IMG/VR virus record: IMGVR_UViG_3300009124_000002
Coordinates: 1 to 64,000 of that record
Length of the DNA stretch: 64,000 nucleotides
Direction: 5' to 3' (one strand)
Source of the DNA: a virus
Positions 9,993 through 20,024 of this stretch are shown here, piece by piece; positions within the stretch are counted from its first letter, which is position 1, and every line of letters starts with the position of its first letter. Both the position numbers and the translations under genes were made by a program. The notes under the pieces are model-generated. The model worked only from the letters and a program-made list of their open reading frames with translations, had not been told where the DNA came from and did no database searches.

Positions 9993-11648
9993 TTAGAATT
10001 GAATGATCATTCTGACTTCTTCGATTTGGTCAGTGGCGCGAGTGACAGATGAACGGTTTTCAATAAACAGAACCTCACCGTTTAATCTGCCATACTTCTC
10101 TGTGCCACTAGATGTATTTGCATTTGTGAAGTCAACAATAGTAAACTCTGGATACTGTGGGTCGCCAGTATATGCAATTGTGTTGCTGCTAACTGCACCA
10201 GCACTCTTGTCATACCACTTCAACGTATCGCCACCAGTGTTAAGTTCCAAGAGATTTTGGCTATCATCATCATCAAAGTTTTGATGATAGTAAAGGCGAT
10301 TGTTAGTAGTATCAAGATGGTCGAAGATAGCAATTGGATCTTCATTTGTAATCGCATCTTGAACCGTGCTATTTGTGCCATTCCCAACAGCATCGAAAAG
10401 AATGTCCCCGGTTTCAAGGTCAGCAGGAAGTGAATCAGTGCATGCAACATAGCGCAATCCCTTAGCAGCATCACCAGCAGCATACGAAGATGTAGCACTA
10501 GGAGTATCACCACTGCCAAGTGAAGGATCTTTCAGCAGAGAAACCTGACGAAAAGGAATGATAAGACCATCACCACCAAGGTCGTCTTCGAAGTTGGCAC
10601 GAATACCACAATAGTAAGATGGAAGCAACTTGAGGTTATCTGTTCCAACACCCTCCAGAGGAAGAATCATTGGTTCTAGGATTGCACCAGATCCGGTTTG
10701 CGATTTTGCAGTATCATTCGAAACCGCATTTGCGTTTACAACACCTAGATTGGTTCTATCAATCTCAGTAGATGAAAGCTTAGTAACACATTGTGTGATT
10801 GTCCCGCTACCATCAACAGTGATGGTGCAAGTGATGGTAGCGTTGAACTGAACAAGGTCAGTATTATCACCACCAGTGCCATCAGTTCTCAGACCAGTGC
10901 AATCGACATCAAGGTCACCACCAGTATATCCAGAACCACCATCAATGACTTTGAATCCATAAATCAATCCACCAGAGGTTTCAGATGGATGGTCGCTCCC
11001 ACTATATGCAGTCAAAGCAGGATTGTCAACAGCACTAGAACCAGAGTTACCAATAGCAGCAAATTGTGTGGTAAAGAATCCACTATCACGATTCAGCGTG
11101 CAGACATATGCCCAACGAAAATCATCGTCAGCAGTTGTGATCAAACCTTTATTTTCACCTGTCTCAGTCGCACCAAAGATGCTATTCAAGGTAGCAGTCA
11201 TTGTAGGTTCATCATCACTGTTAGAAGTCGTAGTGCCATCATTCTTCAGGCAGATATAGACTTCAAGGTCGGTATTAATCACATAGCATGGCTCATACTC
11301 AACACCACCAACGGTCTCTGCAAAAAAGCAGTTTGCGTCGTTGGGGTCATAGACTTTATACCGCTTACCTACCTGAAAATACACACGCGGCATCACTCGG
11401 AAAGCACTATTGGTCCCAACCTTTGAAAGTGTCGCAAGGTTGTTAAGAACCTCAAGTTCTTCTGCGCGACTTGCTGCTGGGACAGGCAAAGAAAAAGAGC
11501 CATCGGTTTCTGCCAAGCCAGCACTATCGGGGTCATATGCATCTGATTTACCAATGCCCACGTAGTAATTGCTCCCACCGGTAGTGACATCACTTACAAG
11601 GAGTTGTGCCGCGTTTCTTCTAAAATCGTCTGTGATAATTGCTGCCAT
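9993..11648 (-). CDS. gp8: baseplate wedge subunit gp8
   Basis: MAAIITDDFR...YYVGIGKS...VYICLKN...W.Y...FRQVSLLKDP...GEVLFIENR..VTR..DQIEEVRMIIQF are T4-like gp8 hallmarks. Confidence 0.9.
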   Translation of the reverse strand: MAAIITDDFRRNAAQLLVSDVTTGGSNYYVGIGKSDAYDPDSAGLAETDGSFSLPVPAASRAEELEVLNNLATLSKVGTNSAFRVMPRVYFQVGKRYKVYDPNDANCFFAETVGGVEYEPCYVINTDLEVYICLKNDGTTTSNSDDEPTMTATLNSIFGATETGENKGLITTADDDFRWAYVCTLNRDSGFFTTQFAAIGNSGSSAVDNPALTAYSGSDHPSETSGGLIYGFKVIDGGSGYTGGDLDVDCTGLRTDGTGGDNTDLVQFNATITCTITVDGSGTITQCVTKLSSTEIDRTNLGVVNANAVSNDTAKSQTGSGAILEPMILPLEGVGTDNLKLLPSYYCGIRANFEDDLGGDGLIIPFRQVSLLKDPSLGSGDTPSATSSYAAGDAAKGLRYVACTDSLPADLETGDILFDAVGNGTNSTVQDAITNEDPIAIFDHLDTTNNRLYYHQNFDDDDSQNLLELNTGGDTLKWYDKSAGAVSSNTIAYTGDPQYPEFTIVDFTNANTSSGTEKYGRLNGEVLFIENRSSVTRATDQIEEVRMIIQF

Positions 11649-11671
11649 AATAGTGTGTTAAGTATTTGCTT

Positions 11672-11679
11672 TATTTATA
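11672..11679 (-). promoter_or_regulatory. T4-type late promoter TATAAATA upstream of gp8
   Basis: Exact TATAAATA on the minus strand in the gp7-gp8 intergenic gap. Confidence 0.75.
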
Positions 11680-11683
11680 CGCT

Positions 11684-14600
11684 TCATTCTTCAATAAAGA
11701 TTGAATCTGTCAAAGTTCTATAGTCCAAAGATCTAACTGTAAGTCTTGATGTTTCTTCAGAATCAACGTCGTCTACAATATCTAGTCGTATTGTAGATGT
11801 GTTTCCATTCGTGAGTTGAGTGTTCTGGTAGTGCCATTCTAGTGGATATGAAGTCAGGTCTTGAAGACCATCAATAAACCAAGGGCGATATGTGGGTCCA
11901 TCTGTTGTGGTGATGTCTGCATCTGAGCCTGCTGTATTTTGAATGTAAGATGTCCACCTTACGTTGTGAAGGTTCAGCCCGCTATTTTGTGCTCTAGTTC
12001 CTAGTCTCCAACGGGATTGGTCATAATCAAAACCATCAGAGTGGCTAGGAGCAAGAGTCTTATATCCAGAACCCTTCGTAATCCATCCCCAAGAACCAAT
12101 GCCACCTTTACCAACAGTAGTATTTGTTGACTCATCAAAAGTCTGGACAACTGCCTTGGCAACCTTACCAATATGAAGCAATGTCGCAGTGTTATTTGTA
12201 GCACTCCCTGATGTGTGTGTTGGTGCAGTTGATGCATCAGTTGTTCCTGCAACAGTGACCTCATACAATTCATCTCCACTATAAAGATGGTCACCCACAA
12301 CATATGCAGAATTAGCACTCCATTCCATTCCAACCTTAATCAAATAATGAGGATCTGGTTGAGTCTTATCTGTCACATTGTCTTCCACATCAGCAATTGT
12401 GTGCGTGGTTGTAAATCCTGCTCCTTGGTCAACAATATTGATATCCAAAATGGAGCCATCACTGTTAATCGTTCCCCAACCCCAGACACCTTGCACGGTA
12501 GTATCAATGGGAGTAGCACCAGCTACAGATGGCTCTGCTGTAATTGTTAGTGGAACACCAACAGTTTGAGATGCTGTATTGGCTTGATAGACTTTGAGAT
12601 ATGCAGTAGTGCTTGTCCCTGCTGCATAGTATCCATTATTCAGAATTTCCTGATTATAGTCTTGATATCTTTCTGGGCGAACAATCAAGAATGCATCTCC
12701 CTGAGAATCATTGTAGTTATCAGAGTCATCATACAAAGTGTAATCGGCATCATCAAGATTGTCTTCGTTCTCAAGGTTAATATTGAATTTAAAATTATTA
12801 CCCGCTGAAGTGGCACTATTCAATTGAATGCGTAGACCATCACCGTCTTCGGATGCACGCTCATTGATATTTGCATCATCAGAATCGTTAACACCCTCAA
12901 GGAATTTAAGTGTATGAGGAATGACATCAACATCAGCCCCAAAGACAGAAAATGGTGAACGATTTACACTAAAGTCAAATTCCTTCTCAAGTTCATTGAA
13001 GTCTAGCTTTGCATATGAGCCAATAGATTCACCGGGGTCAAAGAATTTATCTTGTGCTTGATATTGAGTATGGGCAAAGGAATCTCTGGCATCCTCAAGG
13101 AAAGGAGACATGACAAACATGATATCAAGAACGCGAGATTCAATAATTTCTGCTGGCGGGTCACCATAGATTTCACCATCAGAATCATCACCATAAATGT
13201 TTGCTGCATAATCATCTCCGCTAATTCTGTCAATTGCACCAGACCTCCAGCGAAGACCAGCCTGTGCATTGACCAGAGTTTTCACCAAGACATCTACCGG
13301 AGGTTCATACTTGGAAAGAAAGTATGCAGTGAATGGGTCTAGGTCAAGAGCTTGATATGGATTTGCCGTGGAATTCGCTCCAGACCCATATAGAAATCGA
13401 GCGTTCAGGTCAGTGAGATTTGAATTATAGACTCGAAAATCTCGGAGATACCCTGATGTGTGGACAGTTCCCTCATTCCCCTGAGACTCATTAGGAACAT
13501 ACCCTCCCATGATTTGTGACAGATGGAAAGTGTGTTGTCGGGAAACACCATCATCCAAGAAAGACTCAAGGTTGATACTTGTGTCTGTGGCTTCCTTCAC
13601 ACCATCAACCCAGAGGGAACCTGAGCGGTTTCCATCATAGACATACGCCAAGTGGTGCCATTGACCGTCAGCGATTGAGGTGGTTGATGAAAGAATCACT
13701 GGAATACCATCTGATGCATCAGAGTCCCCACCTTCCTGAATGTAAATCACAGCAAACTTCTCATCAATCTTCCCAAGACCAACACCATTTGCATCACGGG
13801 AAGAAACCAGAATACTGTCTGCTGTCTGGCTTGTCTTCAGCCATAATGAAATTGTAAAGGCATCTTCCTCATCAAACTGGTATAGACCAACTCGATTTCC
13901 TTCAGAATCAGTGAAGTAGTCCCAACTGAGATCCCCTTCGTTCGAAGGGTCCAGACCATCCATTCTAAAATCTGTATTGGCATAAATTCTATCATCAACT
14001 CCATCAAACTCAAAAGCTTCCTCTGTGCTATTCCATGTGGGTCCTTCAGATGGGCTGATATAACCATTTCGACCCTCTATCGTGTTCGTAACCTCCTCGA
14101 CTACAAAACCTGATGCGCCCGAAATACTGGATTCCTTATCCAAGGCGTACCTCAAGATGGGTTCTGCAAAAGTCTCTATCTCCTTTCTGCGATTAGGAGG
14201 GAGGAGATCATAATGCCACTTATCATGTTCTGCCCAATAATCTTCATTCTGGGAGTCGCCATCGAACCAGTAATCAGGGTCCCATCCCGGTCTTACCTTG
14301 GACAAATCTCCACCACCAACAACACCAGCCTCAACCAAAGTTGCGACGTTAAATTTAAGACCAGCAGGATGAGCAAGCTTGCGGAATTTACTTCTCCATT
14401 CCTGACCACCAGCAGGAAGTTTTGATGTTCGAATACGATAGGTGTATGGTTTGTCTCCATACTCAATCTGAAGGTCATCTACATCATTGAAGAAGATGCG
14501 AAAGAAAGTATAAACTGATTCAATGGTCCCCTTGGAGCGATAGTAGTGGACAATTCTCTTATACAGAGTTACTCGATCCATGTAGTCTGAATTGGGAACA

Positions 14601-14842
14601 ATCGATGCAATTTCATCCTGAATCGAGTCAAGATACTTTGCAGATGTTTCATCAATATCATTCTCCACAACGATATGACGAAGTTCCTTGGAAGGAAGAC
14701 CATCCTGATTCAGATAGTCATAGTATTCCTTCAGGAAGTTGACAAGATTTTGTGAAGAACCTCTGAGTTGCTCTGGTAAAAGATCATTTACCCTTGCGGA
14801 CTCATGCGCTCTTGGTGTGGCATTGGCAACAGAATCGTGCAT
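11684..14842 (-). CDS. gp7: baseplate wedge initiator gp7-like, with LamG and CBM-like insertions
   Basis: FLKEYYDYL...YRSKGTIESVYTFFRIFF...YTYRIRT...W...RKLAHPAGLK; lies between gp6 and gp8. Confidence 0.8.
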   Translation of the reverse strand: MHDSVANATPRAHESARVNDLLPEQLRGSSQNLVNFLKEYYDYLNQDGLPSKELRHIVVENDIDETSAKYLDSIQDEIASIVPNSDYMDRVTLYKRIVHYYRSKGTIESVYTFFRIFFNDVDDLQIEYGDKPYTYRIRTSKLPAGGQEWRSKFRKLAHPAGLKFNVATLVEAGVVGGGDLSKVRPGWDPDYWFDGDSQNEDYWAEHDKWHYDLLPPNRRKEIETFAEPILRYALDKESSISGASGFVVEEVTNTIEGRNGYISPSEGPTWNSTEEAFEFDGVDDRIYANTDFRMDGLDPSNEGDLSWDYFTDSEGNRVGLYQFDEEDAFTISLWLKTSQTADSILVSSRDANGVGLGKIDEKFAVIYIQEGGDSDASDGIPVILSSTTSIADGQWHHLAYVYDGNRSGSLWVDGVKEATDTSINLESFLDDGVSRQHTFHLSQIMGGYVPNESQGNEGTVHTSGYLRDFRVYNSNLTDLNARFLYGSGANSTANPYQALDLDPFTAYFLSKYEPPVDVLVKTLVNAQAGLRWRSGAIDRISGDDYAANIYGDDSDGEIYGDPPAEIIESRVLDIMFVMSPFLEDARDSFAHTQYQAQDKFFDPGESIGSYAKLDFNELEKEFDFSVNRSPFSVFGADVDVIPHTLKFLEGVNDSDDANINERASEDGDGLRIQLNSATSAGNNFKFNINLENEDNLDDADYTLYDDSDNYNDSQGDAFLIVRPERYQDYNQEILNNGYYAAGTSTTAYLKVYQANTASQTVGVPLTITAEPSVAGATPIDTTVQGVWGWGTINSDGSILDINIVDQGAGFTTTHTIADVEDNVTDKTQPDPHYLIKVGMEWSANSAYVVGDHLYSGDELYEVTVAGTTDASTAPTHTSGSATNNTATLLHIGKVAKAVVQTFDESTNTTVGKGGIGSWGWITKGSGYKTLAPSHSDGFDYDQSRWRLGTRAQNSGLNLHNVRWTSYIQNTAGSDADITTTDGPTYRPWFIDGLQDLTSYPLEWHYQNTQLTNGNTSTIRLDIVDDVDSEETSRLTVRSLDYRTLTDSIFIEE

Positions 14843-14844
14843 AA

Positions 14845-17229
14845 TTACGTGATATCTTTGTCTCTGTTATGTGTTACATAGTCCTTGATAGCTGAGTTGT
14901 TACCTCTAAGAGCAGCATCATCAATCTCTGCTGTTATTGATGTCAAGGTATCATCAATTTCAATAATCGTATTTCTCTTTGCTGCAATGTCATTTGATGC
15001 AGGGCGAGTGTATAGGTTGATTACTTTATTGTTCGCAGCATCATCAATTCTAGGCAGTGCCCGAATATCAATGTATTCTCTCACGAACTTATAGGTAATC
15101 TCACCGGAAACCAATCCCTCATCCTTGGAGTTGGAAGGAGTGGTTGTTCCACTGGTTGCAGTTGCATCATCATCCTCTCCATCAACAGCAGCAGTAACTT
15201 CATACACATAACTGTTGATATGAAAGATATCACCAACCCTATACTCCTTACTGGTTTTGAACGCTGCACCCCTTTTATTGGCGACACCCGCAAGTTCTGC
15301 TGCTGGTTTACCAAGATATACAACACCAGTTGAAACATTGACAAGACCATAAAATACTGAACCTGTCTCTGCTCCTCCATCAAGATGACTTCTTTTACCA
15401 TCTACTGTTTGATATATTGTGAGCGCAAGAATATGAGAAGGAAGATTGTCAAGTTTTTGTGTCCCAAAGCGATAAATCTGTCCCCCAATCTTAAAGTTAT
15501 CTGTAGCAGTTTCTTTACTATAGACAATATCAGTTTCCTCTTCATCAAGTGCAAAGGTGAAGTCAAATGATAGCAGTTTTTTCTCTTGGTCTGTCAAGGC
15601 TTTTTCAGAGAACAGACCCTCAAAACTATACTCAAGGGTTCCTGATGTTCCGTCTTCTGACAACTTTGGTGCATTTCTGCCAGTCTGACCACTTTTGGTG
15701 ACCCTGTAGACATTGTTACCAAAGAAAAACAGGTCATCTTCAGGAAAGAATCTGTTTGGTTTCCATTCCTGAACCGCGTTCCTGCCACTTAAATCAACTA
15801 CACTTACCGTGTCTGTATCCGTATCAAAAAGTTTTTGGTTCAACTCTAGTTTACGATATGCATAGAGTCTAGCAGCAGTGCTAAGAATAGCAGGGCTTGT
15901 GTTATCGATCTCCCGAAGAAACTTGGAGAATCTAAAAATTGAGTTGTATTCAATCAAGGCAGTGGAATCAAAATTACTTACCGTGGTGGTAATCTTTGCA
16001 CCCAGAGTATCAGAATTCAGTGTCGTCAAGTTGGGATTGAATTTGCTAAAGATATCAAAGTAGATATAGATGAATTTCGGATCAACAAATTCATGTCTCA
16101 GCGTCAAGACGCCTTTATCTCTTAAAAGTTTTCTAAGGTCTGACTTTTGAGAATCAGTAAGAACGGCATTGTCTGCTTGCTTGGCACTAATATAAACAGC
16201 ACCAAGGTCAACAGGATCATTATCCTCACCACCCCAGACGGAAACAGCAGTTGCATCAGAGGCATTGAGAATCTGAGCCTTATAGTCATCCACAGTAACA
16301 GCACGGTCCTGAGAGGTAAAACTTAGTGGAGCATTGAAACGAATCTCTTCAATGGATTCACGGTCACCACCACCAGAAGAAATAGTGGCACTAGAAACAA
16401 CAATATCTGTAAGAACTAATCCACCAGAGGATGAAAGATTGCTGCTCAGAGTAAACTCAGATGCGCCATTGGCTTCAGCCCCATCAGTGGAAAGATACTC
16501 AATAGAAATTACACTTCCGGCTGATGGTTTTTTACCAACAACATCGTTACCAAATTCAATTTCATAAAACCCACTTGGATTCTCAAAGACAAAATATGTA
16601 TCACTGGTTGAAGTCACATTAGACAACTCAGTAAACTTTGTATAGAGAGTGCTGCTTGAGGTATTACCATGAGGAAATGAAGTGACTCTGAGAGTAGAGA
16701 CATCAACCTTGGAATCAGGAATCTCATATCTCACATTGGTATCAGAAGCATCGAATGTATACTGGACTGTCTTGAGAGTTCCTTGCTTGACCTGAATCTC
16801 CTTTCCAGATGCCCCGAAGGTTCCAGTGAAGGCATTCAGTGTAATGAATTCGTATGAATTGCCGCCAACAGAGGTAGAGAAAACAGTGTTCTTGGGAACT
16901 GTTGTAAGGCTACCAACATCTGCACCAGTCAATTTGATGGTAGAAGTTGCAGCAGTGAATGAACGAGGTAGATATCCAAGAGTCTTGGCGCGAGCAACAA
17001 CATTCTTTCTTAGCTGGGCAGATCCAATGAAACCTTCATTGGCAGCAAGGTGAGCAAGAATCGCATTATAGTGTGTGTTGTATGCAAGGATATCCAGAAG
17101 ATGATTCAGACCAGAACCCTCAAAGTCCCAATCCTTATATGGTCCTCCATCTCGCTTATAGTAGTCCTTGATGTTCTGTTTGATTGCATCAAAGTCTAGT
17201 TCCGTTACATTGAGTTTTTTTCCTGCCAT
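14845..17229 (-). CDS. gp6: baseplate wedge subunit gp6
   Basis: TELDFDAIK...DFEGSGL..LLDILAYNTHYNA...SAQLR.NVV..AK.LGY.P...QDRAVT..DY...WGGE. Confidence 0.95.
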   Translation of the reverse strand: MAGKKLNVTELDFDAIKQNIKDYYKRDGGPYKDWDFEGSGLNHLLDILAYNTHYNAILAHLAANEGFIGSAQLRKNVVARAKTLGYLPRSFTAATSTIKLTGADVGSLTTVPKNTVFSTSVGGNSYEFITLNAFTGTFGASGKEIQVKQGTLKTVQYTFDASDTNVRYEIPDSKVDVSTLRVTSFPHGNTSSSTLYTKFTELSNVTSTSDTYFVFENPSGFYEIEFGNDVVGKKPSAGSVISIEYLSTDGAEANGASEFTLSSNLSSSGGLVLTDIVVSSATISSGGGDRESIEEIRFNAPLSFTSQDRAVTVDDYKAQILNASDATAVSVWGGEDNDPVDLGAVYISAKQADNAVLTDSQKSDLRKLLRDKGVLTLRHEFVDPKFIYIYFDIFSKFNPNLTTLNSDTLGAKITTTVSNFDSTALIEYNSIFRFSKFLREIDNTSPAILSTAARLYAYRKLELNQKLFDTDTDTVSVVDLSGRNAVQEWKPNRFFPEDDLFFFGNNVYRVTKSGQTGRNAPKLSEDGTSGTLEYSFEGLFSEKALTDQEKKLLSFDFTFALDEEETDIVYSKETATDNFKIGGQIYRFGTQKLDNLPSHILALTIYQTVDGKRSHLDGGAETGSVFYGLVNVSTGVVYLGKPAAELAGVANKRGAAFKTSKEYRVGDIFHINSYVYEVTAAVDGEDDDATATSGTTTPSNSKDEGLVSGEITYKFVREYIDIRALPRIDDAANNKVINLYTRPASNDIAAKRNTIIEIDDTLTSITAEIDDAALRGNNSAIKDYVTHNRDKDIT

Positions 17230-17235
17230 GTTGGA

Positions 17236-17673
17236 TTACCTTATTCTTGTGAGATAAAAGTTTACTTCCTGCTCTATGCTAGAGTCAGTGATATTAAAAC
17301 CGATATTGACCTTGAATGCATTGCGATCAATGTCATCAAATACCTGAACCACGACATTATCGATTCTAGGTTCAAACCTACTTAATACTCTGTGAATCTC
17401 TGTTCTCATTGCATCAGCAGTAAAGAAATCAGCATTCTCAAAGAGAAGACCAGCTACATTGCCTCCAATTTCAGGATGAAAAGGTCTATCACCAAAGTTC
17501 GTCAAGACAAGATTCTTCACTGCTGAACGAACTGCATTCAGGTCAGTGATAGGTCGAATATCTTTGGTGTTTGGATGAAGATTAAAGCCAAGAGACAAGT
17601 CTGCAAACAAAGTTGGGACGACATCAATTGGTCTGACTCCATCTATGTTTTTATCTGAAGATGCTGTTGACAT
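17236..17673 (-). CDS. gp25: baseplate wedge subunit gp25
   Basis: AVKNLVLTNFGDRPFHPEIG...LLFE...FEPRI. Confidence 0.92.
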   Translation of the reverse strand: MSTASSDKNIDGVRPIDVVPTLFADLSLGFNLHPNTKDIRPITDLNAVRSAVKNLVLTNFGDRPFHPEIGGNVAGLLFENADFFTADAMRTEIHRVLSRFEPRIDNVVVQVFDDIDRNAFKVNIGFNITDSSIEQEVNFYLTRIR

Positions 17674-17678
17674 ATGAA

Positions 17679-18332
17679 CTATTTATTCGGAAAGTTTCTA
17701 CCTGTCCCAATGACATATATCGCATAAAGTTCCGCACCACCCTCATCATCATAGATGCCCTTGACAGTGTTACGAATGCTATTCAACAACTCTATGTGTC
17801 GGTCATATTCTTCCTTCGTAAATCGTGTCCTTGTTACAGGATTCATGAATTTACCGGGAAGCATTACGATATCCTTGGCAATTTCCTTATTGGGTCGAAT
17901 GATATCGTCAAATGGAATACTTTGACTCAGACTCAGAAAGGCACCGGGATTTCTTTCGATCTTATTCTGAATCAACTTGACAAAATAGTGAAGATACTTC
18001 CTTGCCTGTTGAGTATACCATACAGCAATATCCTTATCTGTAAGCTCGACAAAGAGGTTTGTGAGATTACTTCCAATAATATTGTAGACAGATTGTCTAT
18101 AGATCAATTCACGATAATCCGATTTATTTTGACTGCCTTCCAGATCATTAAAGACATCCGTTATATCATATGCTGCGAATGCAGAAGAAACCTTTGTATC
18201 CCACTCTGTTTTTGCAGCAACTGCGGCTTCATAGGTGTATCCATACTCAGTTGCCAAGGGAGTTGCTTCAAGGCTCAGAGATTTGTCCAATGGGTCTGCT
18301 CCTGCTGCTGGTTTTGCTGATGGTAGTGCCAT
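17679..18332 (-). CDS. hypothetical protein (baseplate cluster)
   Basis: Tightly packed ORF between PAAR and gp25; no recognisable motif. Confidence 0.6.
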   Translation of the reverse strand: MALPSAKPAAGADPLDKSLSLEATPLATEYGYTYEAAVAAKTEWDTKVSSAFAAYDITDVFNDLEGSQNKSDYRELIYRQSVYNIIGSNLTNLFVELTDKDIAVWYTQQARKYLHYFVKLIQNKIERNPGAFLSLSQSIPFDDIIRPNKEIAKDIVMLPGKFMNPVTRTRFTKEEYDRHIELLNSIRNTVKGIYDDEGGAELYAIYVIGTGRNFPNK

Positions 18333-18335
18333 ATA

Positions 18336-18626
18336 TTATCCTCCTGCAAATACGTTAGGTGAACCACCAGCTACGATTGTGCAGCTAGTAATACCATCAC
18401 CAACTCGACCACATCCTTTGCCATTTACAAAGACCTTTGATGAACCAGTGGTAATAGGAGCAGCATGAGGTGGACAAGGTGATCCCGGCAACAAATGAAC
18501 ACTGTTCATATCACCCTGACGAGAGATTGCTCTTCCATTGCAAAAAACATTTGATGAACCCTGTGCTCTTATTGGAGTAGAGCAATGAATGACATCTTGG
18601 TCTCCTATTCTTGTGACTGCTGGCAT
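18336..18626 (-). CDS. PAAR spike-tip protein (gp5.4-like)
   Basis: PAVTRIGD..HC...GSSNVFCNG...R.GD...H...GSSKVFVNG...R.GD. Confidence 0.92.
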   Translation of the reverse strand: MPAVTRIGDQDVIHCSTPIRAQGSSNVFCNGRAISRQGDMNSVHLLPGSPCPPHAAPITTGSSKVFVNGKGCGRVGDGITSCTIVAGGSPNVFAGG

Positions 18627-18630
18627 AATA

Positions 18631-19182
18631 CTACTGGTTCCTCCTTACATAACTCTCAACAAAACTTTGAATTGCATCACTGTCATTCAAGATTTCTTGA
18701 GTGATTGTGAACTCTTGCTCAATACCAACAAGAGCTGGGCTTGTCCTATCATATGTCACCACTGCTGTAAATGTTTTCTGATACGATGGAGTTCTATCCT
18801 GCTCTAATTTATAGAGACTCTTTCCTTCTGGAAAATTTGACATACCCTGTTGCACAATAGGTTCCATGTATATCTGCTTGTCATTTGTTAGACCCCTTGA
18901 AGCTTCCTTGTATGCTTCCTTTAGTTCCTCATCTTCAAAGGTGCTTTTGCCCTTATCTACAAGGTAAAAAAGGTCTCTGTATGGATCAAGATACTCACCA
19001 GAGAACGTGATTGTCTTTGCAGATACATCAATGGTAATCACCACACTCGGGTCATTCTGAATGGTGCATTGGATATTCGTAATGGTATCACCCGCAGCTT
19101 CCGTAAAAGTCACTGTCCCCACGGCAGTGAGATCAGGCTTATGAATGGCACTCAGTTGTGTCTTGTCAATTGTAATTGCCAT
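18631..19182 (-). CDS. hypothetical structural protein between gp5 and PAAR
   Basis: Coupled ORF (1-nt overlap with the gp5 stop). Confidence 0.6.
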   Translation of the reverse strand: MAITIDKTQLSAIHKPDLTAVGTVTFTEAAGDTITNIQCTIQNDPSVVITIDVSAKTITFSGEYLDPYRDLFYLVDKGKSTFEDEELKEAYKEASRGLTNDKQIYMEPIVQQGMSNFPEGKSLYKLEQDRTPSYQKTFTAVVTYDRTSPALVGIEQEFTITQEILNDSDAIQSFVESYVRRNQ

Positions 19183-20024
19183 CAGTTCAAATCAATTCTT
19201 GCTGCTTGAATCTTGGTCTTTCCTGTATTGGTAAGGTTACTATCACCAACAACATCAGTCACTAGGTTTCCATTCACATGGGTATTCATGCTCCCCTTGA
19301 CATTTACATTGTAGTCACCCTCAACCTCCAGAGTATGATTTCCCTTTACAAGCATGGTTGAATCTCCAGAGATGGTCACATTACAGGTTCCGGCAATATA
19401 CACATTTTTATCTTTGATTACAACCTCATAATCATCTCCAGTAATCACAGTGACTCTATCACCCTTTGCTTGCATCTCTGTATAGGTTCCACTGGAATGA
19501 TACAGAGAAATTCTTTCATGACATGGAGTATCATCAATCTCCAGAGAGTGCCCATTCTTTGATACCTTTACCTCATTATTTGGATACACTGGTGCATTGG
19601 TGTCTGCAATCTGAGGCATATTCCATGCCCCACCACCTGCAATCGGAACATCTTCCTTGTGAGTTGCCTCCTTGGAGATATACGATGTGGAATTTTTATA
19701 GTCAATTCGTGCTTGTTTTCCAATATCAGGTAAAATATTTTTTGGAAGCGATTCATTGGGATCAAAGAATCCTTTATTCGGTTCCCAATGAGTGTTTGAT
19801 ACACCATTGACCTTACCAACAATCACATACTCATCAGCACTTACCTGTGTTGCCAGAACCCAATCGCTGACCTCAAGGAATACTCCATTGATAACTGGAG
19901 TCCACGGCAGAGAGTTCAATGGAAGGTCAGCAAGAACTTCGCTATGCTTGCCAACAAGTCGAACACGAACTCTTCCAAGTTCCTGTGGGTCATTCGTATC
20001 TTCAATTACTCCAATGCAATTCAT
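19182..20024 (-). CDS. gp5: baseplate central spike gp5 (OB-fold plus beta-helix, no lysozyme domain)
   Basis: GVIEDTNDP..LGRVRVR..G.H...LPW; YPNN.V..SKNGH..EIDDTP..ERI..YH.SGTY; C-terminal VxG octapeptide repeats. Confidence 0.88.
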   Translation of the reverse strand: MNCIGVIEDTNDPQELGRVRVRLVGKHSEVLADLPLNSLPWTPVINGVFLEVSDWVLATQVSADEYVIVGKVNGVSNTHWEPNKGFFDPNESLPKNILPDIGKQARIDYKNSTSYISKEATHKEDVPIAGGGAWNMPQIADTNAPVYPNNEVKVSKNGHSLEIDDTPCHERISLYHSSGTYTEMQAKGDRVTVITGDDYEVVIKDKNVYIAGTCNVTISGDSTMLVKGNHTLEVEGDYNVNVKGSMNTHVNGNLVTDVVGDSNLTNTGKTKIQAARIDLN

